Positions 49,935 to 59,302 of a stretch of 64,000 bases of DNA are shown here, piece after piece. The notes under the pieces were generated by a model, which saw only the letters and a program-made list of their open reading frames with translations, made no database searches and was not told the origin of the DNA. Within the stretch, counting starts at the first letter, position 1, and each line of letters opens with the position of its first letter. The DNA is from Promethearchaeota archaeon (GTDB taxonomy: Archaea > Asgardarchaeota > Lokiarchaeia > Sigyniarchaeales > SOKP01). The position numbers and the translations under genes are program-made. The stretch covers positions 1,068,843-1,132,842 of the forward strand of contig JAHPZA010000006.1 in assembly GCA_019058445.1 (NCBI GenBank). The letters are read 5' to 3'.

Positions 49935-51062
49935 TTAATTGGTTAACAATTTTCTATAGACTTCTTCTAAATTTTTACCAACTGAATCCCAAGTATATCT
50001 CTTAATAAATTGTTGTGCTTTCTCTATCATCTTAGATCGCTTATCCTCGTCATTAATTAAGTTAATAATTTCCTTCGCCAAGAGCTTAGGATTATTTGGA
50101 GGAACAAAGACAGCATTATCCTGTAGGACTTCTTTAAAAGCTGGCAGTGAAGAACAAATAACTGGTGTTCCACATGCTATAGCTTCAACCGGAGTTAATC
50201 CAAATCCCTCAGCAGCATAAGAATAGATGATAAACACATCTGCCATAGAATAGTAAAGAGGAATCTCTTCCTCGGAGATAAAACCAAGAAAATGAATATC
50301 ATCATACGTCCTTTTCCATTCTTGATACATTTTTTCCATGGAAAAGTCGGGTTTTCCACCTAAGATTAAAGTCAAATTGGGTATTTGTTGTTTTGCGGAT
50401 TTATATGCAGAGATGATATCATCAACCCCTTTATATAATGCTATTCGACCTATATATAATATTATAGGACCATTGATCCCCAGTTTCTCTTTAAGTTTTT
50501 GAGCTTCTCTGGGATATGGCTTAAATTTATCTTCGATTGCGGAATATAGATTATGAATTTTATCGATATTGATTCCATTTATAGTATTTTTAATTTCTTG
50601 CCTAATAGAATTAGAACAAGTTGTTAATAAGGTAGCTTTTTTTGCTGCCCGCTTAATTAAATATTTTTCTAGTGGAATTATGGAAAATTTAGTTTCAAAT
50701 GGGCCTAAATCATGAAGGGTAGATATAAACTTCCTTTTTCTGCTCAATAAAACAAGGGGTAAGGAACCTTTTGGCCCGTTGCCATGAATAATATCAAAAG
50801 ATTGACGTTTGATAAATTTTCTTACTTTAACAATAAACTGAGGAATCCAAAGAAAACTTTTTTTGATTACCTTAATTTGAATTATATTTGGATCATTAAG
50901 CTTTATATTCCATTTAGCTGAGATTAGCTTTACATTGATGTGATCTTGCTTGTTTAAATAATCAAAAACACCCTTAATAAATTTAGCGCTTCCATCTTGA
51001 CTATCTGGAGCCACGGTAAGTGATATGAGACATATATTAAGTTTTTTCATGGTAGAGAGCAT
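49935..51062 (-). CDS. glycosyltransferase family 4
   Basis: YIGR...KG, EGFGL..VEA.ACG.PVI. Confidence 0.93.
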   Translation of the reverse strand: MLSTMKKLNICLISLTVAPDSQDGSAKFIKGVFDYLNKQDHINVKLISAKWNIKLNDPNIIQIKVIKKSFLWIPQFIVKVRKFIKRQSFDIIHGNGPKGSLPLVLLSRKRKFISTLHDLGPFETKFSIIPLEKYLIKRAAKKATLLTTCSNSIRQEIKNTINGINIDKIHNLYSAIEDKFKPYPREAQKLKEKLGINGPIILYIGRIALYKGVDDIISAYKSAKQQIPNLTLILGGKPDFSMEKMYQEWKRTYDDIHFLGFISEEEIPLYYSMADVFIIYSYAAEGFGLTPVEAIACGTPVICSSLPAFKEVLQDNAVFVPPNNPKLLAKEIINLINDEDKRSKMIEKAQQFIKRYTWDSVGKNLEEVYRKLLTN

Positions 51063-51091
51063 AGATATGTCTGATATTTAAAAATATACAT

Positions 51092-52066
51092 TTAGGTTAG
51101 CTGTTCAAATCCATCTTCAGTGATAAGTATGGTCTCTTCAGATTGAGCCACATATGCTCCTTTGTTCTCAGCTAACACATAGTGCGCCTTCAATTTATTT
51201 TGCTGAACTAATTCTTGGATCCCAAATGCAACTCCCATTCTAAATTCTTTTGCTAACCATCTTTCAGCAAAAGGTAATGTTTTATAATTTTTATTCACAT
51301 GACCTAAAATTTGTTTCGAGGTCTTTCTTCTTAAAGGAACTCGGCCAGAGTAGGGATTTAATTCGTAAATAAATGAGTTTTTTGTTAAATGAACTGATCC
51401 TTCTCCTGTAGATGCAAATATTTCCACAGCAAATACATCACCCTCTTCCATTTTATCACCTTTCTGATTTCCTAATTCCGGCAACGCTTTTTTTCCATGT
51501 ACAATCCATCTTTCAGTTTGATGTCCACCCAATTCTTTAATAGGATTATATTTAAAACCTTTAATTATACTTTCAATTTTTTTGCCAATTTCTCTCGTAT
51601 TGATATTAGGTTTAGCCATCATCTTCGCAGCATCTACGGCTACTTCAGTAGCTTGTACTATATTCTCTAAGGAGGGATCCGGATTAAAATTAACGGAAAA
51701 TGCGGTATCAACAATATACCCGTCAATATGAACGCCTAAATCTATTTTAACTAGATCATTATCTTCTATTGTTAAACCATCATCTCGGAGTGGAGAAGTA
51801 TAATGGGCAGCGATATGATTAAGTGATAAGTTTACAGGAAAAGCCATTGCTCCTCCTAACTCTACTATTTTCGATTCTGTTATTTCAATTATTTCTAAAG
51901 CATTTTTGCCAATCTTGATTTTTGGTTTTATAAAATTCTTAACTTCTTTTGCGATATTTCCCGCTTTTTTAAGAGATTCAAGTTTGTGCAGTTGTTCTTC
52001 TTGCTCTTTTTCTATCTCTTCCTTCTTTTTTTGCTTATTACTTGTACTTTTTCGATCCTCAGTCAT
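51092..52066 (-). CDS. map: methionine aminopeptidase type II
   Basis: AFPVN, AAHYT, KIDLGVHIDG.IVDTA, GH, E.F, AQ.EET. Confidence 0.96.
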   Translation of the reverse strand: MTEDRKSTSNKQKKKEEIEKEQEEQLHKLESLKKAGNIAKEVKNFIKPKIKIGKNALEIIEITESKIVELGGAMAFPVNLSLNHIAAHYTSPLRDDGLTIEDNDLVKIDLGVHIDGYIVDTAFSVNFNPDPSLENIVQATEVAVDAAKMMAKPNINTREIGKKIESIIKGFKYNPIKELGGHQTERWIVHGKKALPELGNQKGDKMEEGDVFAVEIFASTGEGSVHLTKNSFIYELNPYSGRVPLRRKTSKQILGHVNKNYKTLPFAERWLAKEFRMGVAFGIQELVQQNKLKAHYVLAENKGAYVAQSEETILITEDGFEQLT

Positions 52067-52213
52067 TAAAATAGGTAATATAAGAATTGATAAAAATTTT
52101 TTTTAATAAATTAAAATAAAATTAAATAGAAATAAAAACATATTAAAAAAATATACGATATTAGATCAATATATTATAAAATTAAGATACCATTTTTTTA
52201 AGTTGAACTATCT

Positions 52214-52585
52214 TTGAGTGAAAATATCAGCGAACTCGTCGAACTTCTAAGACAAATGGAAGCGATTAATTCGGAAATACAAGGTTCCGCAATAGTTTCG
52301 GTTCAAGGTTTACCCATCTGCTCAGTCCTCGCTCGTGATGTAAATGATGGAATTGTCTCAGCAATGTCAGCAGCAATTTTATCCGTTTCAGAAAGAGCTG
52401 TTGATGAACTCGCACGGGGGGAGCTTAAAAGAATTCTCATAGAAGGGGAGGATGGGATAATAATTTTGTCAAGAGCTGGAGGAAATGCGATTCTTTGTAC
52501 CCTTGCTCGCTCAAATGCGTCTCTAGGCATGGTTTTCTTGAATATTGATAGTGTGAGCAGGAAAATTGCTCAGTTATTAGACTAG
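52214..52585 (+). CDS. roadblock/LC7 (MglB-like) protein
   Basis: SAIVS..GLPI.S, AMSAA.LS...R...EL..G.L. Confidence 0.9.
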   Translation: MSENISELVELLRQMEAINSEIQGSAIVSVQGLPICSVLARDVNDGIVSAMSAAILSVSERAVDELARGELKRILIEGEDGIIILSRAGGNAILCTLARSNASLGMVFLNIDSVSRKIAQLLD

Positions 52586-52666
52586 ATAATTCTATTTTGA
52601 ATAAATCTCATTCTATTTTCTTCGATAATTTGAAAACAGCCGAAATATTTTTTGAGAATTTCAAAT

Positions 52667-53116
52667 TTAATAAGTATCAGACCTTCTTTTACCCTCAATA
52701 CCCTCCAAATAATCAAGAATTGATTGTCTTATATTAGGATGGGGAGAGATGGTGGTAGTTTCTCTTACAAATTTTCTTGCCCTCTCCCATGTCCAGTCAG
52801 GATGGGTTATAAGTAATCGGGCAACGGCTATTCCTCCACTTCGCGAAATTCCCGAGGCGCAGTGAACTAAAACCTTCCCATTTACCGCATTATTTTCGAT
52901 AAATGTTAGAATCTCTTGAAGATCTTCATGATTTATATACGTTCTATCTTTGAGACTTTTAAATAAGTACTTAAACTCCGAAGGTGGATGATATTTCTCT
53001 CTTTCCATGAGATTAACAATTGCAGTAATACCTGCCTTTCTTAATTTTTTCAGCTTTTTTGCTGCCCGATAGGAACCAATATATAGATTTTCAGTTATTT
53101 TATAGATTTTTTCCAT
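52667..53116 (-). CDS. dual-specificity protein phosphatase
   Basis: VLVHCASGISRS. Confidence 0.92.
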   Translation of the reverse strand: MEKIYKITENLYIGSYRAAKKLKKLRKAGITAIVNLMEREKYHPPSEFKYLFKSLKDRTYINHEDLQEILTFIENNAVNGKVLVHCASGISRSGGIAVARLLITHPDWTWERARKFVRETTTISPHPNIRQSILDYLEGIEGKRRSDTY

Positions 53117-53198
53117 AAGGATTAAATTCGATTGATTTAGCTTTTTAATTTACTAATAGATGATTTTAAGTTAAAAATTTCTTTTATATTAAATAAGA

Positions 53199-54092
53199 AT
53201 GAATACGCTAATCGTAGATGTCAAGAGAAATTCGTTAGATGACGGACCTGGCATTCGTACAGTTATATTTTTTAAAGGTTGCCCATTATCTTGTGTATGG
53301 TGCCAAAATCCAGAGACAAAACTAGCAACCCAGGAAATATCGTTTAATAAAGAAGATTGCATGAACTGCAATAAATGTTTTGAAGTATGTGAAAAAGGAG
53401 CAATCGATCCCACTTCTGAATATAGAATTGACCGGGATAAATGTAATTTATGTGGTAAATGTATAGAAATTTGTCCTAATGAAGCTCTAAAATTCGCGGG
53501 AAAAGAATATGATATAAAAACACTGACAACATTGGTGCTAAGAGATAAAGTTTTTTATGATAATTCTGGAGGGGGTGTAACTCTCTCAGGCGGGGAACCT
53601 ACGCTTCATATGGATTATATCCATCAGTTATTGAAAGAATTCAAGAAAGAAAATATCCATGTGTGCCTTGAAACTTGCGGATATTATAATCGGGAAAAGT
53701 TTAATAATCTTATATTACCCTATTTAGATTTGATTTATTTTGATTTGAAGATCTTTGAATCAGATTTACACAAGAAATATTGTGGGGTGTCTAACAATAT
53801 CATTTTACAAAATTTCGAAGATTTAATTAAAAACCAGCAAGTAGAGATATTGCCGCGAATACCACTTATTCCTAACATAACTGCCAGAACTAAAAATTTA
53901 GAAAATTTGAGAAACTATTTACAGTCTCTTAAAATTGTAAAGATCGGATTGCTGCCTTATAATCCTCTCTGGCTTTCTAAGACAAAATCAATAGGAGTAA
54001 AAGCAAATTATAATCGAACAAATTGGTTAGAGAAAGAAGAAAAAGAAGTCATTAAAAAGATATTCTCTAGCTTTGAATTTAAAGATTTTTAA
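53199..54092 (+). CDS. glycyl-radical enzyme activating radical SAM protein with ferredoxin insert
   Basis: DGPGIRT.IF.KGCPL.C.WCQNPE, two extra Fe-S motifs, SGGEP. Confidence 0.93.
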   Translation: MNTLIVDVKRNSLDDGPGIRTVIFFKGCPLSCVWCQNPETKLATQEISFNKEDCMNCNKCFEVCEKGAIDPTSEYRIDRDKCNLCGKCIEICPNEALKFAGKEYDIKTLTTLVLRDKVFYDNSGGGVTLSGGEPTLHMDYIHQLLKEFKKENIHVCLETCGYYNREKFNNLILPYLDLIYFDLKIFESDLHKKYCGVSNNIILQNFEDLIKNQQVEILPRIPLIPNITARTKNLENLRNYLQSLKIVKIGLLPYNPLWLSKTKSIGVKANYNRTNWLEKEEKEVIKKIFSSFEFKDF

Positions 54093-54098
54093 TAAAAA

Positions 54099-55565
54099 CT
54101 ATTTTCTAATTTCTTGAATTTGGTCAAAAATATTGTCCATTCTCCCGCGTACACTTCCATAAAGTCCTTCTTCCTCACTGACTACGGACTTGACTGCTGA
54201 TTTTATTCCATAATGACTTTCAGAAATTAAAACTCTAATGGGGAGTGTAAGAATTTCATTTAAGAGCATTACTAGTTCTTGGATGATTTGAATGACTCTG
54301 GGGAACTTCTCTTGAGTTCTTTCCATCATAGATTGCTCAGAGGGGACTAATTCGTCCTCCCTTTCTTTCTTTAGTTCCTCCCAAATATTTTCTCCTAATT
54401 CAGAAAAATTGATCCCCAAGTTTTCAAAAGCAATTTGAGCGCCTTCGAAAATATACGTAATTGTATCTTTTCCGGAGAATTTCCTCACATTCTCAACCAT
54501 TTCGGGTGGCGCGAGTCCGTCGAGAAAACTTACAAATAATTGATTATAATCTCCAACGACATCCAGGGGTATGAATAATAGAACCATTTCTTTAAGATGT
54601 TTGAACGCATAACCCGCTACTTTAGCAATAGTTTCGCTTTTTAAAGGTTTTTCAATTAAACCGCCATATTCGTTCATCAGATGGACTAGTATAAATCCAA
54701 TGATTCGCATCATATCATCTTCGTAATTACGGAAATAATCAAAAAATTTCTCGGGTTCGAGGTTCATTTTATCTCTAATAAGATCGGCTACTTTTTGTTT
54801 GATACTATCCAGAGGTTCATCAAGTAATTCATCTAATTTATCTAGAGTAATTACTTCCTGCAATTTGTCAATAAAATCTAATTTTGCCTCCTGCTCAACT
54901 TCAGTTTCAACACCTTCTTCAAAATAAAAATCTGAGGCTTTTCGCTCCTCTGCTTTCGAGTCAATAAAATCCTTCCATTCTAAATGATCATATACTTTAC
55001 AGTAAAGCTGTAAGCAATCGTCACCTTTAATAATGCATTTACTTTCTGTTATACCAATTCTATAATCACTTTTTTTTATTTTTAATATGAAATTTGCCAC
55101 CGATTCGAGCATACCGGCTAAGCCTGCTGAACATCCCTCCGATTCTTTACTTAATTTACTGAAATCAAATGTATCTTCGGGGTCTTCACCATATCCCGCG
55201 CACATAGGATCCATTTTTATATTTAACACATAGTCATTATATTTTGCCCCCTCTTTTGGGATTTCTTCATATGAAAGTTCACCCATCTCCATACCGAGTG
55301 TAACTGAAAAGAGGATTTCGAAATAATCTAAAACTTTATTGGGAGTACCTGGCATTAACTTAAAAATACCAGAATGTCGCTCACAGGATTCATAAGCTGC
55401 TTTTTTCCCGATTTCTCTTAAAATCTTAATACTCTGCTCTTCATCATTAGTAATATCATGAATCTCATTCAATATCTCCCTATATAGCGAAGTATAAAAT
55501 AACGCATTAGTAGAATGCCCGAACACTTTGGTAATTTTTTTCATTAACCACTTAAAGGTACCCAT
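54099..55565 (-). CDS. hypothetical protein with N-terminal V4R/Bet3-like domain
   Basis: LREIGKK.A, C.AG..G.LE, ESKC..KGD.. Confidence 0.55.
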   Translation of the reverse strand: MGTFKWLMKKITKVFGHSTNALFYTSLYREILNEIHDITNDEEQSIKILREIGKKAAYESCERHSGIFKLMPGTPNKVLDYFEILFSVTLGMEMGELSYEEIPKEGAKYNDYVLNIKMDPMCAGYGEDPEDTFDFSKLSKESEGCSAGLAGMLESVANFILKIKKSDYRIGITESKCIIKGDDCLQLYCKVYDHLEWKDFIDSKAEERKASDFYFEEGVETEVEQEAKLDFIDKLQEVITLDKLDELLDEPLDSIKQKVADLIRDKMNLEPEKFFDYFRNYEDDMMRIIGFILVHLMNEYGGLIEKPLKSETIAKVAGYAFKHLKEMVLLFIPLDVVGDYNQLFVSFLDGLAPPEMVENVRKFSGKDTITYIFEGAQIAFENLGINFSELGENIWEELKKEREDELVPSEQSMMERTQEKFPRVIQIIQELVMLLNEILTLPIRVLISESHYGIKSAVKSVVSEEEGLYGSVRGRMDNIFDQIQEIRK

Positions 55566-56071
55566 TATAAATCCCCTCCGGATTTCATCTTATATACCTG
55601 AATACATGACGTATGACCCAACGCCCTTGATTGTTCCACTTCGTACGGTTCTAAATAAATGGAAGACATATCTTTGGATTTTTTGCTAATTAATGAGATA
55701 AATTCTGACACTAAGCCTAATGTGATCTCGCATCCAGCAATGTTTACATCTTCATAATGATATTTACATAACGCACAGTTGTTTTCTTTAACCCTAATTA
55801 AATCATCTTTAATTTCAATGAAAATATTACTAATGAGTATCTTTTTATAAATAGTTGAGATAACATCTTTTACATTTACCACTGTTACCATAGAAATGGG
55901 TTTCCAATAATTAAATATAGTGCGCGCAATATTGCGTCCCATTCTGCGCAATCGTTTAACTTGATCTGTTTTGCCATTTTTTTCCATAAATCGTGCTAAA
56001 TGGTAAATTGCGTTGCGCATCTGGTTCATTGTTGCTTCTGCTTGTAATACATCTGCTTTCGTATAGTTCAT
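55565..56071 (-). CDS. V4R/TRAPP Bet3-like protein
   Basis: LRRMG.NIA, NCALC, C...LG...E, E.SRALG...C. Confidence 0.65.
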   Translation of the reverse strand: MNYTKADVLQAEATMNQMRNAIYHLARFMEKNGKTDQVKRLRRMGRNIARTIFNYWKPISMVTVVNVKDVISTIYKKILISNIFIEIKDDLIRVKENNCALCKYHYEDVNIAGCEITLGLVSEFISLISKKSKDMSSIYLEPYEVEQSRALGHTSCIQVYKMKSGGDL

Positions 56072-56306
56072 AATAAGTGACTTTTTTTTTACTTTAATAG
56101 TGTATAGTTGAAAAATAACAATCTATTTTAAAATTTTTAATCTAAATCAAATTATTAATGATATTGTATCCCAAAAAATAATTCTCTACAAAAAGTTAAA
56201 TTACAGAGATATATCACTACTTATTTTTCATAAAATTTTATAATTTTTAAAAAATTTTACAAATTCAATTGGGATAAGATTAAGTTATGCTTAGGAAAGA
56301 TGTAAA

Positions 56307-57611
56307 GTGGATAAAAAACAAAAAATTGTATTGATTGGTGCCGGATCCCTAATTTTTGGAATAGGGGCTGTTGGAAATATATTAGCATCACAAGTTTTAG
56401 AGGGAGCGACCATATGTCTCCATGATATTAATACCGAAACTTTAGATTTAACACATCAAGCAAGTCAAGCTGCAATAGATCATAGAAAGCTAAATTTTGA
56501 ACTTACATCCACAACTGAAAGATATGAAGCATTAAAGGATGCCACTTTTATATTAAGTTCTATTGAAGTAGCCCCGCGTTATCCACTGTTAGATTTAGAT
56601 TATAGAATTCCTCAAGAATTTGGTAATAGACAAGTTTCGGGAGAAAATGGGGGTCCTGGAGGTTTATTTCATAGTCTCCGTATTATCCCGCCAGTTATTG
56701 AGATTTGTGATGATATAAATAAAATCTGTCCAAATGCCTTTCTTATTAATCTTTCAAATCCTATGAGCCGAGTTTGCCTCGCAATCAAAAGAAAACATCC
56801 CAATCTCAAATTTGTTGGCCTTTGTCATGAATATCATCATTTTTTGCCAATACTTAAAAATATCCTCGGCACTCCGCTTTCAAATTTGGAGATTAAAGGG
56901 GGTGGATTAAATCATTTCGGTGTTTTTTTAAGTATAAAATACAAGGACACAGGTAAAGATGCGTATCCCGACCTCCGTAAGAAAGGTCCAGAATTTTTAG
57001 CAAATCTGAGATCTTATGATGGATTTAAACTTATTAGTTTCATATTGAAAACATATAGTTATTGTCCATACACCACTGATAGCCACTTTGGTGAATATTT
57101 AGGATGGGCATGGGAGAAAGCCGATATCCCTAGAATACGCCATTTTTGGGCTTCTCATGGGCGTGTGATTACTAAATATCGGTTAGATAAATTGAAACAA
57201 CTTCTCGAGAAAGGGAAAGGGCATAAAATCGTGAAAGCTGATGATGAGCATGCTATCCCTATAATTGAGGGGATCTTAACAGATGCTAATTATATAGAAG
57301 ATTCCGTGAATATTCCTAATGATGGAATCTTTACAAATTTACCGGAGGACGCGATAGTGGAATGTCCGGCCATAATAAATAAAAATGGAGTAAACGGGAT
57401 CAAATTCGGAGATTATCCGAAAGGACTGGCGGCTCTTTTGGGAACTCAGTATCTAGTTCAAGACCTCGTTGTTGAAGCCGCATTACATAAATCAAAAGAG
57501 CTTGTGCTACAAGCTTTGCTTGCTGATCCGGTTATTGAAAATTATTGGCAAGCTAAAAGTATTTTAAACCAAATGTTAAAAGTACAAGCGGATTATATTA
57601 ACTTAGAGTGA
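56307..57611 (+). CDS. glycoside hydrolase family 4 (NAD-dependent alpha-galactosidase/glucosidase)
   Basis: IGAGS..F, GE..GPGG, N.SNP, GLCH, GLNH. Confidence 0.92.
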   Translation: MDKKQKIVLIGAGSLIFGIGAVGNILASQVLEGATICLHDINTETLDLTHQASQAAIDHRKLNFELTSTTERYEALKDATFILSSIEVAPRYPLLDLDYRIPQEFGNRQVSGENGGPGGLFHSLRIIPPVIEICDDINKICPNAFLINLSNPMSRVCLAIKRKHPNLKFVGLCHEYHHFLPILKNILGTPLSNLEIKGGGLNHFGVFLSIKYKDTGKDAYPDLRKKGPEFLANLRSYDGFKLISFILKTYSYCPYTTDSHFGEYLGWAWEKADIPRIRHFWASHGRVITKYRLDKLKQLLEKGKGHKIVKADDEHAIPIIEGILTDANYIEDSVNIPNDGIFTNLPEDAIVECPAIINKNGVNGIKFGDYPKGLAALLGTQYLVQDLVVEAALHKSKELVLQALLADPVIENYWQAKSILNQMLKVQADYINLE

Positions 57612-57657
57612 TTCTTACTGAATTTAACTATTTTTAGCTACTTGGAGCCTGTGTATT

Positions 57658-58404
57658 TTGGTAAAGAAAAGAAATCCTCGCATTAAACGTGGTTATCCAG
57701 TAGCAATTCTTATCGGTTTACATGAAAATAATGCGATATTTTGGAGAGTTTTCAGTGAAATCATAAAACCAGATATAATAATAAAGAGAGGAAGAAAAAG
57801 AAAATACCAAGATAGCAAGCAAATATATCATTTTCACGAGGAGATTGTGAATAAATTAAGATCTATTATAAAAGAAGGGCTTAAAACTGTGATACTCGTC
57901 TCTCCTCCAAAAGAAGAATACTCAAAAGAATTTCTTAGCCACATTCGAAAGCATCATAAATGGTTATTTAAAAAGGGAGAAAATACAGCTGTTTTTACTG
58001 AACTAATAGGGACAGCAAAAACTCAAGGAGATGTATTTGGCCTTATAAGGCAAGATCAATTTAAAGAGGCAGTGGAAGTCGCATCGAACCAGGAAGGAAT
58101 GTTAATATTGAAAGAACTAGACGAATTAATAAACAAACTAAGTGAAAATTCCAAAATTCTTTATACTTTAAAAGAAATTGAAAAAGAAATAGATAAAAAA
58201 TGGAAAAAGGATGATATCAAACCTAATTACATCATTCTTACAGATGAATACCTTGACAATCCCCAAAAAAGGAGGAGGACTCATCGAATTTTACAAATCG
58301 CCAAAAATCATGGGATTAGAACTAAAGTTGTTAATGTTGAATCCGCCGCAGGTATGAGAGTAAAGAGTTTTGGGGGATTAATATGTTTTATAAAAAGTAA
58401 TTAA
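57658..58404 (+). CDS. eRF1/pelota-like protein (domains 2-3 only)
   Basis: ILVSP...YSKEF; C-terminal ESAAG.RVKSFGGL. Confidence 0.65.
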   Translation: MVKKRNPRIKRGYPVAILIGLHENNAIFWRVFSEIIKPDIIIKRGRKRKYQDSKQIYHFHEEIVNKLRSIIKEGLKTVILVSPPKEEYSKEFLSHIRKHHKWLFKKGENTAVFTELIGTAKTQGDVFGLIRQDQFKEAVEVASNQEGMLILKELDELINKLSENSKILYTLKEIEKEIDKKWKKDDIKPNYIILTDEYLDNPQKRRRTHRILQIAKNHGIRTKVVNVESAAGMRVKSFGGLICFIKSN

Positions 58405-58477
58405 TTCTCAAATGTAGTAGTTATTTAATTATTTAGATACTTTTTTTAATAATTTAACTCCAAAACTTAACAAGTAT

Positions 58478-59233
58478 ATGGTGTCAAAAATAAAAGTCAG
58501 AGTTGCCGCATGTCAGATCCAATGTATTGACGGTGATCGTCTAGGAAATTTTAAGCGAATTGAAAACAGGCTCCAAAAACTAAAAAATGTTGATATTGCT
58601 TGTTTTCCCGAAAGCTGCCTTTTAGGGTGGCTAAATCCCGAAGCACACACTATTGCGAATAGGATCCCTGGAATCGATACAGATTTCATATGTGGGTTAG
58701 CTAAAAAATTTAATATAATGATAGCAATTGGATTAGCAGAAAAAAACGGTGATAAGTTATACGATTCGGTTATCTTAATAGATAAAATGGGTAAGATCAT
58801 CCTTACGCATAGAAAAATAAATCTTCTTTCTTGGCTGATGAATCCCCCTTATACCCCTGGAGATAAAATTTCTGTTGTTGATACAGAATTCGGGAGAATT
58901 GGCTTGTTAATTTGTGCCGACACGTTTAAAAAAGATATTTTAAAGCAGATGAAAGAAAAAAAACCAGATATACTCATTGTTTCTTATGGATGGGCTGAAA
59001 AAAGGGAAAAATGGCCTAGACACGGAAAACTATTGGAAAGATTAGTTAAAAGTGTATCAAAAAATCTGAACGCATATGTTATTGGAACTGACCTACTAGG
59101 GGAAATTTCTCATGGTCCGTGGACTAGTTATGTGTATGGTGGTCAGAGTGTAATTGTAGATAACAAGGGTGAACTTTTAGCTGTTGGGAAAGACCGACAG
59201 CGGGATATAATCATTCAAGATTTATTTATATGA
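58478..59233 (+). CDS. carbon-nitrogen hydrolase (nitrilase superfamily)
   Basis: FPE, HRK, ICAD catalytic triad. Confidence 0.92.
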   Translation: MVSKIKVRVAACQIQCIDGDRLGNFKRIENRLQKLKNVDIACFPESCLLGWLNPEAHTIANRIPGIDTDFICGLAKKFNIMIAIGLAEKNGDKLYDSVILIDKMGKIILTHRKINLLSWLMNPPYTPGDKISVVDTEFGRIGLLICADTFKKDILKQMKEKKPDILIVSYGWAEKREKWPRHGKLLERLVKSVSKNLNAYVIGTDLLGEISHGPWTSYVYGGQSVIVDNKGELLAVGKDRQRDIIIQDLFI

Positions 59234-59302
59234 TGTATTTGAATCATAACCTAAAATTATTTAGCTTTTCTTAAAAAAATAAAATAAGAAGAATAAAAAA
59301 AA

